The notes below the pieces were generated by a model. It did not search any database and was not told where the DNA came from. It worked only from the letters and a program-made list of their open reading frames with translations. This document shows positions 39,105-49,374 of a stretch of 64,000 nt of DNA, in pieces. How positions within the stretch are numbered: the first letter of the stretch is position 1; the number at the start of each line of letters is the position of its first letter. Source of the stretch: Candidatus Sumerlaeaceae bacterium (lineage in GTDB: Bacteria > Sumerlaeota > Sumerlaeia > Sumerlaeales > Sumerlaeaceae); the NCBI GenBank assembly GCA_049968255.1, contig JBMFRB010000001.1, forward strand, positions 128,001-192,000. The letters are read 5' to 3'. The translations under genes were made by a program, and so were the position numbers.

Positions 39105-40286
39105 ATGATCGAGGCCCGCTTCATTGCTCGAGCGGTGACGTTCCTTGTGCTGCTTCTTCTGCTGTTCGGAGCGGGCATGAGCCTTGAGAAAGTCACCATC
39201 GCTTTTGGGCGGTCGCAACCGGAGAACTACGCTGCGCTAGCGCGCGAAGCCATGCGCAAAGGCAATAACGAAGCAGCGCAGGCCATAGTCGAGAAACGCC
39301 TTTCAAAGTACTTTTATGATTTTGACGCGCTGTATCTCTTGGCCGAAATTCAAGCGGCGAAAGGCAACGTCGACGCAGCGGCGGACACGATTCGTCAGGT
39401 GTTCCAGCGCCTCCCCGGAGCTCGGGCAAACCAAGTGCAATCCTTTGGGTTCGATGAACCAAAGAGTTACTATCTTCTGGGGCTTTACCTGTGGCAGGCC
39501 AAACACTACGACGAGGCTGCCGAAATGCTGCGCGCCGCGATTGATGCAGGCTATCCCGTTGCACGCGAGCAACTGGCGGACTACGTCCCAGAGACGAAAA
39601 TCGCCCCCGCTCAGGCAAAGGCCGTCGCTCAGATGGCGCTCAAGCTACGCGAGCCCAAGGCATTCCTCGCTGCTGTGAAAATGCTGCTCAGCGACAAAAA
39701 AACTCACGTTGCCGGAGAACTGCTTTATGCCGAGTGGATGGAGCTCGTCGATAGAAACGTTGTGGGTGCGGACCTGCGTCTGCGCGCAGCGCTAAGTAGC
39801 AGCTATCCCGATCCAGCCCTTGCGCTGGCACTGGCCAATCTCCGCTCGCGAGTCTATCGCTCGGCAGACGCTGGAACAACATTTCGTCAGCTAGCGCACC
39901 AGACTACCGGCACAAAAGTGCTGGGACCAGGGCTGTTCAAACTCACTGCCGGCGAGACTGTGGACAGGCGCGGAATTGTCCTGGGCCGAAATGGCAAAGC
40001 GATAGCAGAAATTTCCACAGGTGCTTACAAAGTGACTCGGCTTATCCTGAACGCGGAGGGATCGTGGGCACTTGGAATGTATCCTGTGCTCATTGTACGC
40101 TTGGATGGCAAGGATGCAACATGGTTGTATCTTGATGGGCTTCAGCCACATCTCTTTGACCTCCCCCTGTGGCCTGCGGGCGCACCTAAGGATGTCACAA
40201 TTGAGTTTGACTTCATCAACGACGCTTTTGAGCCATTGAGCAAAGCGGACCGTAACGTCACCATTCGTGATATTCTTCTCTTCTAG
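39105..40286 (+). CDS. Membrane-anchored TPR protein with CBM60-like C-terminus
   Basis: TM, TPR repeats, C-terminal AEG...YP.LIVRLDG...F.ND...DRNVTI, similar to 35565-37067. Confidence 0.65.
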   Translation: MIEARFIARAVTFLVLLLLLFGAGMSLEKVTIAFGRSQPENYAALAREAMRKGNNEAAQAIVEKRLSKYFYDFDALYLLAEIQAAKGNVDAAADTIRQVFQRLPGARANQVQSFGFDEPKSYYLLGLYLWQAKHYDEAAEMLRAAIDAGYPVAREQLADYVPETKIAPAQAKAVAQMALKLREPKAFLAAVKMLLSDKKTHVAGELLYAEWMELVDRNVVGADLRLRAALSSSYPDPALALALANLRSRVYRSADAGTTFRQLAHQTTGTKVLGPGLFKLTAGETVDRRGIVLGRNGKAIAEISTGAYKVTRLILNAEGSWALGMYPVLIVRLDGKDATWLYLDGLQPHLFDLPLWPAGAPKDVTIEFDFINDAFEPLSKADRNVTIRDILLF

Positions 40287-40312
40287 CCTCAAACCCAAGA
40301 AATGATAAAAAC

Positions 40313-42619
40313 ATGACTATTGAACTTATTAACATATTGCTTGGCAAAGGTTGTGTCGTAGCTCTCGCGCTTATTCTGTGCAGCGTTGCGACACCGTTGG
40401 AGCTATGGGCCAGCCTGGGCACCCCAGTCCAGGTGCAGTTGCCGGATGTGGCACGGAAAATCGAGGACGTTGGACCAGGAGTACGCCACATTCACGAGTT
40501 CCTCACGAGCGGCCCCGTCAATATTCACGTCCTAGAAATTGATTTAGAAACTAGTGGTCTCTACCTAACCCCTCAGTTTGGAAAAGGACGATTATTTACT
40601 GGCGCGAAAGTGCAAGAGATGGCGCTCGCGTCTGAGCGCGACGACAGGCACGTCATTGGGGCGGTTAATGCGGATTTTTGGAAGAATTCTCCGAAGCTTT
40701 TCACGCCTGTCAATTTGACCGTCCTCGACGGGATGGTGGCCCGCTTGCCCAATGCCCCAGCCCCACGGGCAATTTTTGCGAAGACCTTGTCGGGGCGCTA
40801 TGTCATGGTGGCCGCTCCAGCAAGCCTTACCCTCACCGCAAATGGCAGGCGACTTGGGCAAGTCAAGTTGAACGAGCCCTTCACATCGAGCAGTGCAGTG
40901 ATTTACAATCGTCATTACGGCGGTGAAATCTCCCTTACGCGCTTTGCTAGGGCGTACGAGCTGGAGCTTGTTTCGCCGCGGTTCATTCCGAACGAGCCGG
41001 CTGTGGCCAGGGTTGTGCGAAAGCTCGAGGAGTCGACAGTCACAGTGTCGGGAAGAACCCTTGTGCTCGGGCTCCATCGGGATGCTGCGCGGCAACTTCC
41101 GCGCCTTTCGACCGAGGCATTGGTGAGGCTGGATTTGCGTATTCCGCACGTGAAGGAGCCTCTTGAATTTGCGGTTGGGGGAGGCCCCTTGTTAGTGCGC
41201 GACGGGCGTCCTTTCATCGATTGGCGTGAGGAAAAAATCCTTAAGAGTTTTGTGGAGAACCAGCACCCACGAACTGCAGTCGGCGTCTCGAGAGATGGCA
41301 AAAAGTTGTACCTCGTCACGGTGGACGGGCGTCAGCCGGCTGTGAGCATCGGGATGAGTCTTTATGAACTTGCTCAGTATCTTCGTGCCCTAGGATGCTG
41401 GACAGCGATGAACTTCGACGGAGGAGGCTCGACGACGATGGTGGTGCGCGGGGAGGTGGTGAACAAACCAAGCGACCGTTTGGGCCCCCGGTCGGTGGGG
41501 AACGGGCTGCTGGTGATGCATGAGGGCCCAGCTGGGCCCCTGACTCGCCTGGAGCTATTGCCTCGCCTCGCTCCGCTTCGGGTTCCCGCAGGCACACAAT
41601 TGACGCTAGAATGCCGCGGGTGCGATGCCCAAGGCAATACCGTTGAACTTTCTCCAAGCCGAATCCGGTGGATCACCGAGTATGGAGTAGGGTCACTTGA
41701 CCCTCATGGAACAACCTGCACACTAACCGCAGCCACAAATGCTTGCACAGGCACGCTCACTGTTGTTTACGAGTTGCCGTCTGGAAAACAGCTTAGTGCT
41801 GCCGCAACGGTAAGCGTCCAGCGCGTGACCTCGTTGGTATTCGAACCTTCGCCTATCTTACTCTCTGCCGGCGAGCAGCTCGTGCCTAAAATCGAGGCCA
41901 AAACAGCGGAAGGGCCACTCGATTTGACGTTCTCGATGCTCCGTTATTTCACGACCGACCCAAACGTAACGGTAACAAAACATGGTATAAAAGGGCTCCG
42001 GCGCGGAGAAGGTTGTTTGGAAATCGAGTTTGGCACTTATCGGACGGAAGTCCCTTATTATGTGGATCATGTCACGACGCGTATGGTTTGCAGCTTCGAT
42101 CGAGCTACCACAGCGCGCCTCCAAGGAACACGATTCGATCTCCGCAAATCACAAGTGTGTTTAGACCAAATGCGTCAGCGCGAGGGACGCGGCTGCCTGG
42201 CGTGGCAATACGCAATGACGAAAGGCGGAACGAGCAAAATCATCTTGCCTGTGAGTTGGGAGATTGAAGGCCGGCCATCGAAACTCTCGCTCTGGATATG
42301 GGGCGACGGCAAAGAAGCATGGCTACGAGGCGAGGTTGTTGACGCAGCTGGCAAACATTTCCTTCTTGATTTTACCGAGGGAAGTGTCGGCATCACGTGG
42401 AAGAATCAGTGGAAGCAGGTTATTGTTCCGCTGCACACGCTCGCGCCGCGCCCATCAAATCCGGGCGCAAAACCCCAATTCCCGATCAAAGTTACCCAAC
42501 TCTACTTGGCCCAGGACCAGGAAGCGCTCAAGGCCAGTGGGTTGATTCTCCTTGATGCGTTCGAAGCATTGTCCCCGCCAGAAAATTCACCCTTGAAATG
42601 CGGTGGAAGCGGCCGTTGA
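40313..42619 (+). CDS. Phosphodiester glycosidase (NAGPA) family secreted protein with Ig-like and C-terminal carbohydrate-binding-like domains
   Basis: AVNADF, AVGGGPLLV, HPRTAVG, TVDGRQ..S.G, AMNFDGGGSTTM, NKPSD. Confidence 0.85.
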   Translation: MTIELINILLGKGCVVALALILCSVATPLELWASLGTPVQVQLPDVARKIEDVGPGVRHIHEFLTSGPVNIHVLEIDLETSGLYLTPQFGKGRLFTGAKVQEMALASERDDRHVIGAVNADFWKNSPKLFTPVNLTVLDGMVARLPNAPAPRAIFAKTLSGRYVMVAAPASLTLTANGRRLGQVKLNEPFTSSSAVIYNRHYGGEISLTRFARAYELELVSPRFIPNEPAVARVVRKLEESTVTVSGRTLVLGLHRDAARQLPRLSTEALVRLDLRIPHVKEPLEFAVGGGPLLVRDGRPFIDWREEKILKSFVENQHPRTAVGVSRDGKKLYLVTVDGRQPAVSIGMSLYELAQYLRALGCWTAMNFDGGGSTTMVVRGEVVNKPSDRLGPRSVGNGLLVMHEGPAGPLTRLELLPRLAPLRVPAGTQLTLECRGCDAQGNTVELSPSRIRWITEYGVGSLDPHGTTCTLTAATNACTGTLTVVYELPSGKQLSAAATVSVQRVTSLVFEPSPILLSAGEQLVPKIEAKTAEGPLDLTFSMLRYFTTDPNVTVTKHGIKGLRRGEGCLEIEFGTYRTEVPYYVDHVTTRMVCSFDRATTARLQGTRFDLRKSQVCLDQMRQREGRGCLAWQYAMTKGGTSKIILPVSWEIEGRPSKLSLWIWGDGKEAWLRGEVVDAAGKHFLLDFTEGSVGITWKNQWKQVIVPLHTLAPRPSNPGAKPQFPIKVTQLYLAQDQEALKASGLILLDAFEALSPPENSPLKCGGSGR

Positions 42620-42676
42620 TAAATTTACTAACGCATAAATTTTGAAAGCTTTTCGTGTGGAAACAACGGGTGACCT

Positions 42677-43468
42677 GTGAGACTGATCCGCCCCGAACGA
42701 ATTGAAGAACTTATGCAGTTTCTGACGCGCTACAATCTGCCCATGCAGAATCTCGACTTGCTGGATCAGTCGCTCACACACGCAAGCTACGCCTTCGAGC
42801 ACCAATTGCCTTACAACAATGAACGCCTTGAGTTTCTGGGAGATGCAGTGCTTGGGCTCATCGTCAGCGAATATCTCTACAAGGAATTCCCACATTCCTC
42901 GGAGGGGGTGCTCTCAAAACAGAAAGCGGCGATCGTGAGCCGGCCGGTTCTGGGCAAGCGAGCATTGGAAATGGGGATTGGGAAGCTCCTCCTTCTTGGG
43001 CGTGGTGAGGAACAAAGTGGCGGACGTGAACGGCCTATCCTTCTCGGGTCTGCGCTGGAAGCAGTCGTCGGGGCGCTGTATCTTGAACTCGGGATCTCAA
43101 AAATCACGCCTTGGCTCATCAAAGAAGTTTTTGAACCAGGCAGGCAGCTTTCCCATACTGACGAATTTAGCGATTTCAAATCGCTGCTTCAGGAATACGT
43201 TCAGAAGACGTTTCAAACCGTGCCTGAGTATGAGCTAGTGAGCGAAAGTGGCCCGGACCACAACAAACAGTTTGAGGTTGTGGTCAAAATCGCAGGAAAG
43301 GTCTACGGCCAAGGCGTGGGACATCGAAAAAAAGTGGCAGAGAACCAAGCCGCTATGCGTGCTTATTGGTCCCTCATTCACCCCCTACACCTCATTCCTC
43401 CAGAGGATGTTCCCCAAACTCATCATGCAGAAACACAAGTCGAACGGCACGCCCCCCAATCTGAATAA
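42677..43468 (+). CDS. rnc: Ribonuclease III
   Basis: NERLEFLGDAVLG signature; dsRBD DFKSLLQEY...GPDH...AENQAA. Confidence 0.95.
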   Translation: MRLIRPERIEELMQFLTRYNLPMQNLDLLDQSLTHASYAFEHQLPYNNERLEFLGDAVLGLIVSEYLYKEFPHSSEGVLSKQKAAIVSRPVLGKRALEMGIGKLLLLGRGEEQSGGRERPILLGSALEAVVGALYLELGISKITPWLIKEVFEPGRQLSHTDEFSDFKSLLQEYVQKTFQTVPEYELVSESGPDHNKQFEVVVKIAGKVYGQGVGHRKKVAENQAAMRAYWSLIHPLHLIPPEDVPQTHHAETQVERHAPQSE

Positions 43469-43487
43469 CGTTGGCTTCTTTTTACTT

Positions 43488-46400
43488 TTAGTTGGACTTA
43501 GCCTTCACAGTTTCGAGTAGTTTTTTTACGTCAGGGTCGGTCGGATAGGTCCGGGCAAGATTGTTCGCAATAACCGAAACATAGTCCCACTGACCTGCTG
43601 CTTTTAAATAATCGGCCGCCCGCAGGCCCTCATCGAGTTTTAGCAAGACGCTGCTATCAGCTCGAACCAGATTCGCCAATTGCGCACTTCCCAGTGCCAC
43701 GGGGCCGAGAAGAAGCGTTCGCAAGCGCTGGCGATAGTACCAAAATTCAGCGCTCCCCTGCTCGACCCAACGAAGAGACCGGGGCGAATTTGCACGTAAG
43801 CCTAATTCATAGCGGAGTACGTCCAGCTCTGGGTCTCGCACTTCGGAGGACAGGAGCAAGCGATCTGCCAAGCCTAATGCGTCTGTAGTTTCTCCGCCAG
43901 CAGCGAGTAACTCAAGACGGAACCGCTGGTAGACCGGATTCTTTTCCAGAAGTGGCGCAAGCTCATCCGCGAGCGCTCTTGCAAGGCGGTAGCGCGACTC
44001 GAACCACCGCCGCGCTTCCGGCGTCGTGGTGGCCACATCAAGTGCGGGAGGCGGCCAAAGGGCTTCCTTCAGGTACAGGCGGGCTTTGGCAAACTGCACA
44101 CTCCAGTGCTCACCGACGACGTCGGATATTTTGTTCAGCGAACGCCAGGCCTGAGAGAAGCGCCCGCGTCGAGCTGCGTCGTCCACCGGTAGCAAAAAGC
44201 GACGCGTCCCGAAATCAGGATCGACTTCGAAAATTCGACGCCGGAGTGCTCGCGCACGCTCATAGTTGGGCGGCTGTTGCTCCTCGTAGACGTCGGCAAG
44301 TTCTTGGAGGGAGGCCACATCAGCGTTGTTGAGGCCTACTGCCTGCTCGAAGGCCCGTCGCGCTGATTCAAGATACTCAGATCTCTCAGGGTAAAGCTTG
44401 GCAAGGAGGTGGTAGGCCTGACCTATAAGATAGTAGGTGTAATGATAGCGAAGTTCACCACGCTCCATAGCCAAGTTGGCGTACTCGACGGCCGAGGTAA
44501 GAGCGCGGGTGGCATTGAGGCGGATTGCTTCGGCCGCTTTTTTGTGCGAAGGATCATCGCGAAGCTCGAGCCAAAGCGCCGAGTCAAAACTTCCTGATAG
44601 GAGCTGGGCCGCGGCAAGCCCCTCCATAGCTGCACCGTTAAACACATTGATCTTAACTGCTCTTCGATAAAGTTCTTTTGCATTATCAAGAGCCTGATAC
44701 TTTGCCCCTCCGGGTAGCGTTGCAAGCGACTGCGCCGTGCTCACCCAATTGCTGGCGTCGCGCAGAAGGGTGTCCGAAATGAACTCACGGAGAAGAAGCT
44801 CAAAGGCCAGCGGCGAGGCCAGCCATGCTGACACGACTGCGACCAAACTCAAAACCAAGCTCGGACGAAAGTTGCTCGCTGGTTCGATATGAAATGTTCG
44901 ACTTTCTTGCTCGGCAGACCCAGCATCCGTCTCATTTGTGAGCGCAGCTAGTGCAGAGCGACGTGGGGCGCAACTCGCTCCTCGCCCAAGCTGCGACGTC
45001 GGCTGTAGGACACGAGTTGCCCCGGCATACGAAAGAGCAAGGCTCGTGACAGCGGTAAAAGCGAGGGGATGCACGTGGAACGGAAAATCAAAAAAGGCGT
45101 GCACGGCTATGGCCGCGGTGGGTGCGATGAGCCCGGTGAGAAGGATTTTTTCCTTTTCCCACGGCAACGCGCGATAAGCGCGGCGCACGCGCCGTAGCAC
45201 AAGGACCAAAGACGTAAGGAGCAAAGCCGTGCCGATAAAACCAGTCTCAACTACAAGCTGTAGATAATCATTGTGGGCGACATCGGTGCGCCGAACTGTC
45301 GTGCCGAGGATCGAGTCAGGATGCCGCAGAAAGTATTCGCCGTGGGCCGGCGGATAGACATACTGAAAGGCCCCCAAGCCGTGACCGATCAGGGGCGACT
45401 TGACAACGAGCGGAACCGACACAACAAAGATGCGGAGTCTGGTTTCCTTGGCTAGCTGAGCTGGACTAAAGTCGCGCCGCAGGCGTTCGGAAAGCCTCAC
45501 TGCATGGCGGGCGAGAGGATTTACCGAAGGGGCAATACTTTGGACGGCGGCGAAAAGAAAAAGGATCGCTATCGCAGCGAGCAGAAACGTGCTTAGGCGG
45601 ACGCGAGCTCCTACTCCGCGCAGAAGCACTGCCGACTGCGCTATGACCATAACCGTGCCAATCGCCCAAATCGCACGGCTCTGCGCCGCAACTAAAACAA
45701 ACAGAACTAACATGACCGACAGGGCAATGAAAAGACGCGTAAGGCGCCGGCGAGCGATGAACCAAAGCGAAACCGAAAAACTGAGCGGGAAAAGCAAGTA
45801 GGCCGACAGCCCGGTATTGTGACCGATGAGCGAGCCGACACGGTTGCGAGGATCATCGAAGCGCGGAAGAAACCACCACGCTGCTTCGATGTGCTGAAGA
45901 AAAGAAATGAAACTTATGAGGCACCCTGCGAGGGCAACGGCGACCATGAACTTTTGGATCTCGGACCAGCTGGGTGAAAGAACAGAAATGACCCACGCGC
46001 TCCCGAGAACGAGAGCGCAGAGAAGGAGAGTCCAAAGCGAGTGATGGGGAGTCGGTGACCAGAGAAAGACAGAGATTGCAGCAAAGAGAAGAAATCCGCC
46101 AGCCCAGAAGAATGGGTGAGCAAGTAAGGAACGGAGCTTTGTTTGCGGATTCTTGCCTGAGACCGAAAATTGGTTTTGTTCAGCGGATTGTACACTTATT
46201 GTTCGCAGAAGGTAAAGCAAAAAGAAACACATTGAAGCGACTAAAAAAACGCTGCTAACACATTCTTTGATGACGAGTGGGGCATGGTTGAATGCAATAA
46301 TCGAACGGAGCTGTCCAAGATACAGGTTACCCCAGGCGTCGCGATGTTCGTCAGCACTGGCATCAAGCTGCGCCAAAAGGATGTTCGGGATCCGCAACGG

Positions 46401-46514
46401 GTAGACGAGCGCCGTGCTGAGCAGTGCAGCGAGAAGGCATACAAGGACAAAACGCCTGAGAAAGGAGTTCTCTTGTTTGACGTGTGCGATAAAGCGTGAG
46501 TTTAGTGTTGCCAT
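43488..46514 (-). CDS. O-antigen ligase / O-oligosaccharyltransferase-like membrane protein with C-terminal TPRs
   Basis: GSLIGHN, QSRAIW, RLRIF...PLIGHGLGAF, AHNDYLQLVVETGFIG, HAFFDFPFH; helical repeat C-terminus. Confidence 0.85.
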   Translation of the reverse strand: MATLNSRFIAHVKQENSFLRRFVLVCLLAALLSTALVYPLRIPNILLAQLDASADEHRDAWGNLYLGQLRSIIAFNHAPLVIKECVSSVFLVASMCFFLLYLLRTISVQSAEQNQFSVSGKNPQTKLRSLLAHPFFWAGGFLLFAAISVFLWSPTPHHSLWTLLLCALVLGSAWVISVLSPSWSEIQKFMVAVALAGCLISFISFLQHIEAAWWFLPRFDDPRNRVGSLIGHNTGLSAYLLFPLSFSVSLWFIARRRLTRLFIALSVMLVLFVLVAAQSRAIWAIGTVMVIAQSAVLLRGVGARVRLSTFLLAAIAILFLFAAVQSIAPSVNPLARHAVRLSERLRRDFSPAQLAKETRLRIFVVSVPLVVKSPLIGHGLGAFQYVYPPAHGEYFLRHPDSILGTTVRRTDVAHNDYLQLVVETGFIGTALLLTSLVLVLRRVRRAYRALPWEKEKILLTGLIAPTAAIAVHAFFDFPFHVHPLAFTAVTSLALSYAGATRVLQPTSQLGRGASCAPRRSALAALTNETDAGSAEQESRTFHIEPASNFRPSLVLSLVAVVSAWLASPLAFELLLREFISDTLLRDASNWVSTAQSLATLPGGAKYQALDNAKELYRRAVKINVFNGAAMEGLAAAQLLSGSFDSALWLELRDDPSHKKAAEAIRLNATRALTSAVEYANLAMERGELRYHYTYYLIGQAYHLLAKLYPERSEYLESARRAFEQAVGLNNADVASLQELADVYEEQQPPNYERARALRRRIFEVDPDFGTRRFLLPVDDAARRGRFSQAWRSLNKISDVVGEHWSVQFAKARLYLKEALWPPPALDVATTTPEARRWFESRYRLARALADELAPLLEKNPVYQRFRLELLAAGGETTDALGLADRLLLSSEVRDPELDVLRYELGLRANSPRSLRWVEQGSAEFWYYRQRLRTLLLGPVALGSAQLANLVRADSSVLLKLDEGLRAADYLKAAGQWDYVSVIANNLARTYPTDPDVKKLLETVKAKSN

Positions 46515-46672
46515 GTATTGACGCCTTGTTTCCTTCTTTGCGAAATTCCTGCACTCTACTAGGCTGATTTCAAAAGCATGCAAAATGCCATAAGTATTCT
46601 CGATTGCATTGGCGCAGCTCTCAGTCTGCTCTGGAACATAGACAGTGGCGTAGGAGGAGAATCAAGTAGCTG

Positions 46673-48949
46673 ATGGCCGATGAGGATCCGATCCTTGCGT
46701 CGCTAAATCCGCAGCAGCTTGCAGCAGTCACTGCGCCCGAAGTGCCGTTGCTTATTGTCGCTGGTGCCGGCAGCGGGAAGACGCGTGTTATCACCCGTCG
46801 TATCGCCTACCTCATCCGCGAGTACGGCTACTTTCCCTGGCAAATCTTTGCGGCGACGTTCACGAACAAAGCGGCTAGCGAAATGAAACGCCGTGTTTGC
46901 CAACTCTTGCCGCACGTGCCCGAACAGGACTTACATATCGCGACGTTTCATTCGCTCTGCGCCAAAATCTTACGGCGCGAAATTTCTGCCCTCGGCTATC
47001 CCACAAGCTTTACCATCGCGGACGAGCGCGACCAGCTTTCGGCAGTCAAACACGTCATGCGTGAGCTGGGCATTAGCGACAAGGAGATCAAACCAGCGTT
47101 CGCTCAGGACGTTATCAATCGGTGCAAAATTCGAATGGTTGAACCTCAGGATATTGGGCAGGTGGTGCAGTCTCGCTACGAAGAACAGCTTGCGGCCATT
47201 TACGACGCTTACGTGAAGTACCTCCAGAAGAGCTCTGCACTGGATTTTGAGGACCTTATCCTCATGACCGTGAAGTTGTTTACGGAGCATCCCGACGTTC
47301 TCGAGCGTTATCAGAGACGGTATGCTCACGTGATGGTGGACGAATTCCAGGACATCAATGACAGTCAGTTCGCCCTCGTGCGCCTACTCACGGCGAGCCA
47401 TCATCGGCTCACAGTGGTGGGCGACGAGGATCAAACTATCTATTCGTGGCGCGGCGCTGATATCCGCCATATCCTTGATTTCGACAAGTACTACCCCGAG
47501 CGGCTCGTGGTTCGCCTCGAACAAAACTATCGTTCTAGTGCGAATATCCTTGAAGCAGCGAGTTGCGTGATCGCACACAACACGCAACGCTTCCACAAGA
47601 AGCTTTTCACGGAAGCTCCGCCAGGATATCCGGTCTTGGTTGTGGAAGCGGAAAACGAACGCGAGGAGGCCCAAGCCGTAGCCGAGCTCATTAGGGAAAT
47701 CACGTTGCGCCTACGCATTCCGCCGTCGGAGATCGCTGTGTTCTATCGCATAGCAGCTCTCAGTCGGACCTACGAAGAAAAATTGCGCGAACTTCGCATC
47801 CCCTATCGCGTGTTGGGAGGTGTGCGATTCTATGACCGCGCCGAAGTGAAAGATCTTCTTGCCTATCTGCAGGTGGCGCTGAATCCGCACAACACGCTTT
47901 CGCTTTTACGCATTGTGAACACGCCGAAGCGAGGCTTGGGCGACAAGACCATCGAGAAGCTTTTGCGTGCAGCGCGTGAGCGCAACATTTCTCTGTTTGC
48001 TGCTATGGAGCAAGCAGCTCAAGGCAACATCACCTCGGCCAGTGCCACTGCCGCCTTGCGGGACCTCGTCGCCCAAATTCACACCTGGCACAAACTTGCG
48101 GGCGAGATACTGCCTTCGCAGCTTTTTCAACGCATACGCAGCGACATTCATTACGACGCTTCGTTGGGCGATCCGGAGCAAATGGAAGTGCGAAGTCGCT
48201 TGGAGAATCTCGATGAGCTGTATCGAGGCATTGTCGCTTATGAGGGGGAGACATATGAACCAACTTTGCAAGGCTACTTGGAGAATGTAAGCTTATACAG
48301 CCCCAGCGACGAGCTTCGGGATGGCGAAGAGACGGCAACGCTGATGACCCTTCACACAGCGAAAGGGCTAGAATTTCGCTGCGTTTTCATCGTGGGATGC
48401 AATGAAGGCTTGCTGCCGCACGGGCGTGCGGCGGAAGAAGGAAGAGTGGAAGAGGAGCGACGGCTGTTTTACGTGGGCATGACGCGTGCGCGTGAGCTGC
48501 TTGTGCTCACTCACTGCAGCCACCGCGTTTACTATGGTGAACCACGTTACGATGTGCCGTCGCCGTTCCTGGGGGAACTTCCCGCGAAAGGAGTCCACCG
48601 ACTCGATGCGTCGCGCACCGATTTGGCCCGCCTCATCCACAGCCTGGGGCAGAGTGCGAGAGTTGTTAGCGATTTGCAACCAGCGCACGAGACTGCAGAA
48701 GAACAAAGATTCCAGCTGCCCCTTTCGAGTAAGCCAGCATCGCAAGGCCCTATTCCTTCTGCGTTGACGGAAGGGACATTTGCGCGCGATCATTTGATAG
48801 GCAAGCGGGTCCGGCATCCCCTCATTGGCGAAGGGGTCGTTGTGGAAATGGGGGGGACAGGGCGAAATCGCTGGTACATTGTCGAAACCAGTGATGGCTC
48901 TCGCACGAAGTTCCTTGCGCGATTCGCAAAACTCGAGGTATGCGAATGA
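46673..48949 (+). CDS. pcrA: ATP-dependent DNA helicase PcrA/UvrD
   Basis: LNPQQ, AGAGSGKTRV, TFTNKAA, VDEFQD, GDEDQTIYSWRGA, LEQNYRS, TLHTAKGLEF, EERRLFYVGMTRA; Tudor-like VRHP..GEG tail. Confidence 0.93.
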   Translation: MADEDPILASLNPQQLAAVTAPEVPLLIVAGAGSGKTRVITRRIAYLIREYGYFPWQIFAATFTNKAASEMKRRVCQLLPHVPEQDLHIATFHSLCAKILRREISALGYPTSFTIADERDQLSAVKHVMRELGISDKEIKPAFAQDVINRCKIRMVEPQDIGQVVQSRYEEQLAAIYDAYVKYLQKSSALDFEDLILMTVKLFTEHPDVLERYQRRYAHVMVDEFQDINDSQFALVRLLTASHHRLTVVGDEDQTIYSWRGADIRHILDFDKYYPERLVVRLEQNYRSSANILEAASCVIAHNTQRFHKKLFTEAPPGYPVLVVEAENEREEAQAVAELIREITLRLRIPPSEIAVFYRIAALSRTYEEKLRELRIPYRVLGGVRFYDRAEVKDLLAYLQVALNPHNTLSLLRIVNTPKRGLGDKTIEKLLRAARERNISLFAAMEQAAQGNITSASATAALRDLVAQIHTWHKLAGEILPSQLFQRIRSDIHYDASLGDPEQMEVRSRLENLDELYRGIVAYEGETYEPTLQGYLENVSLYSPSDELRDGEETATLMTLHTAKGLEFRCVFIVGCNEGLLPHGRAAEEGRVEEERRLFYVGMTRARELLVLTHCSHRVYYGEPRYDVPSPFLGELPAKGVHRLDASRTDLARLIHSLGQSARVVSDLQPAHETAEEQRFQLPLSSKPASQGPIPSALTEGTFARDHLIGKRVRHPLIGEGVVVEMGGTGRNRWYIVETSDGSRTKFLARFAKLEVCE

Positions 48950-49374
48950 CAAAGCGGCCTCCCCTAATTTTGATTGCCGATGACGTGCGAGAAATTCGCG
49001 ACCTCATGCGGTGGACGTTGCAGCGAAGCTATGATGTGATCGTGGCACGGAATGGAGAAGAGGCATGGGAATTGTTTAATGCCTATGAGCCCGATCTCGT
49101 GATTAGCGATGTCGTTATGCCGCGCATCAACGGCCTCGATTTAGTCAAAAAGATAAAATTGCAGTCCTCTCGGCCAGAAACGCCGGTAGTGCTTGTGACC
49201 GCGGTGACCCAAGACAGAGAACTGCCCGACGCGTTCTGGCAGGGCTTTGCCGGAAGCGATGGGTACATCACTAAGCCTTTCACACCACACCAGGTTCTGG
49301 CCATCGTCCAAAAACTTCTGAAGAATCACTCAGGCGAAGAAACTGCAGTCAGGGAAGACAAGACGGACGCATGA
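48946..49374 (+). CDS. Single-domain response regulator (CheY-like)
   Basis: LIADD, VISDVVMP..NG, VLVTA, YITKPF; ATGA overlap with pcrA. Confidence 0.9.
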   Translation: MTKRPPLILIADDVREIRDLMRWTLQRSYDVIVARNGEEAWELFNAYEPDLVISDVVMPRINGLDLVKKIKLQSSRPETPVVLVTAVTQDRELPDAFWQGFAGSDGYITKPFTPHQVLAIVQKLLKNHSGEETAVREDKTDA

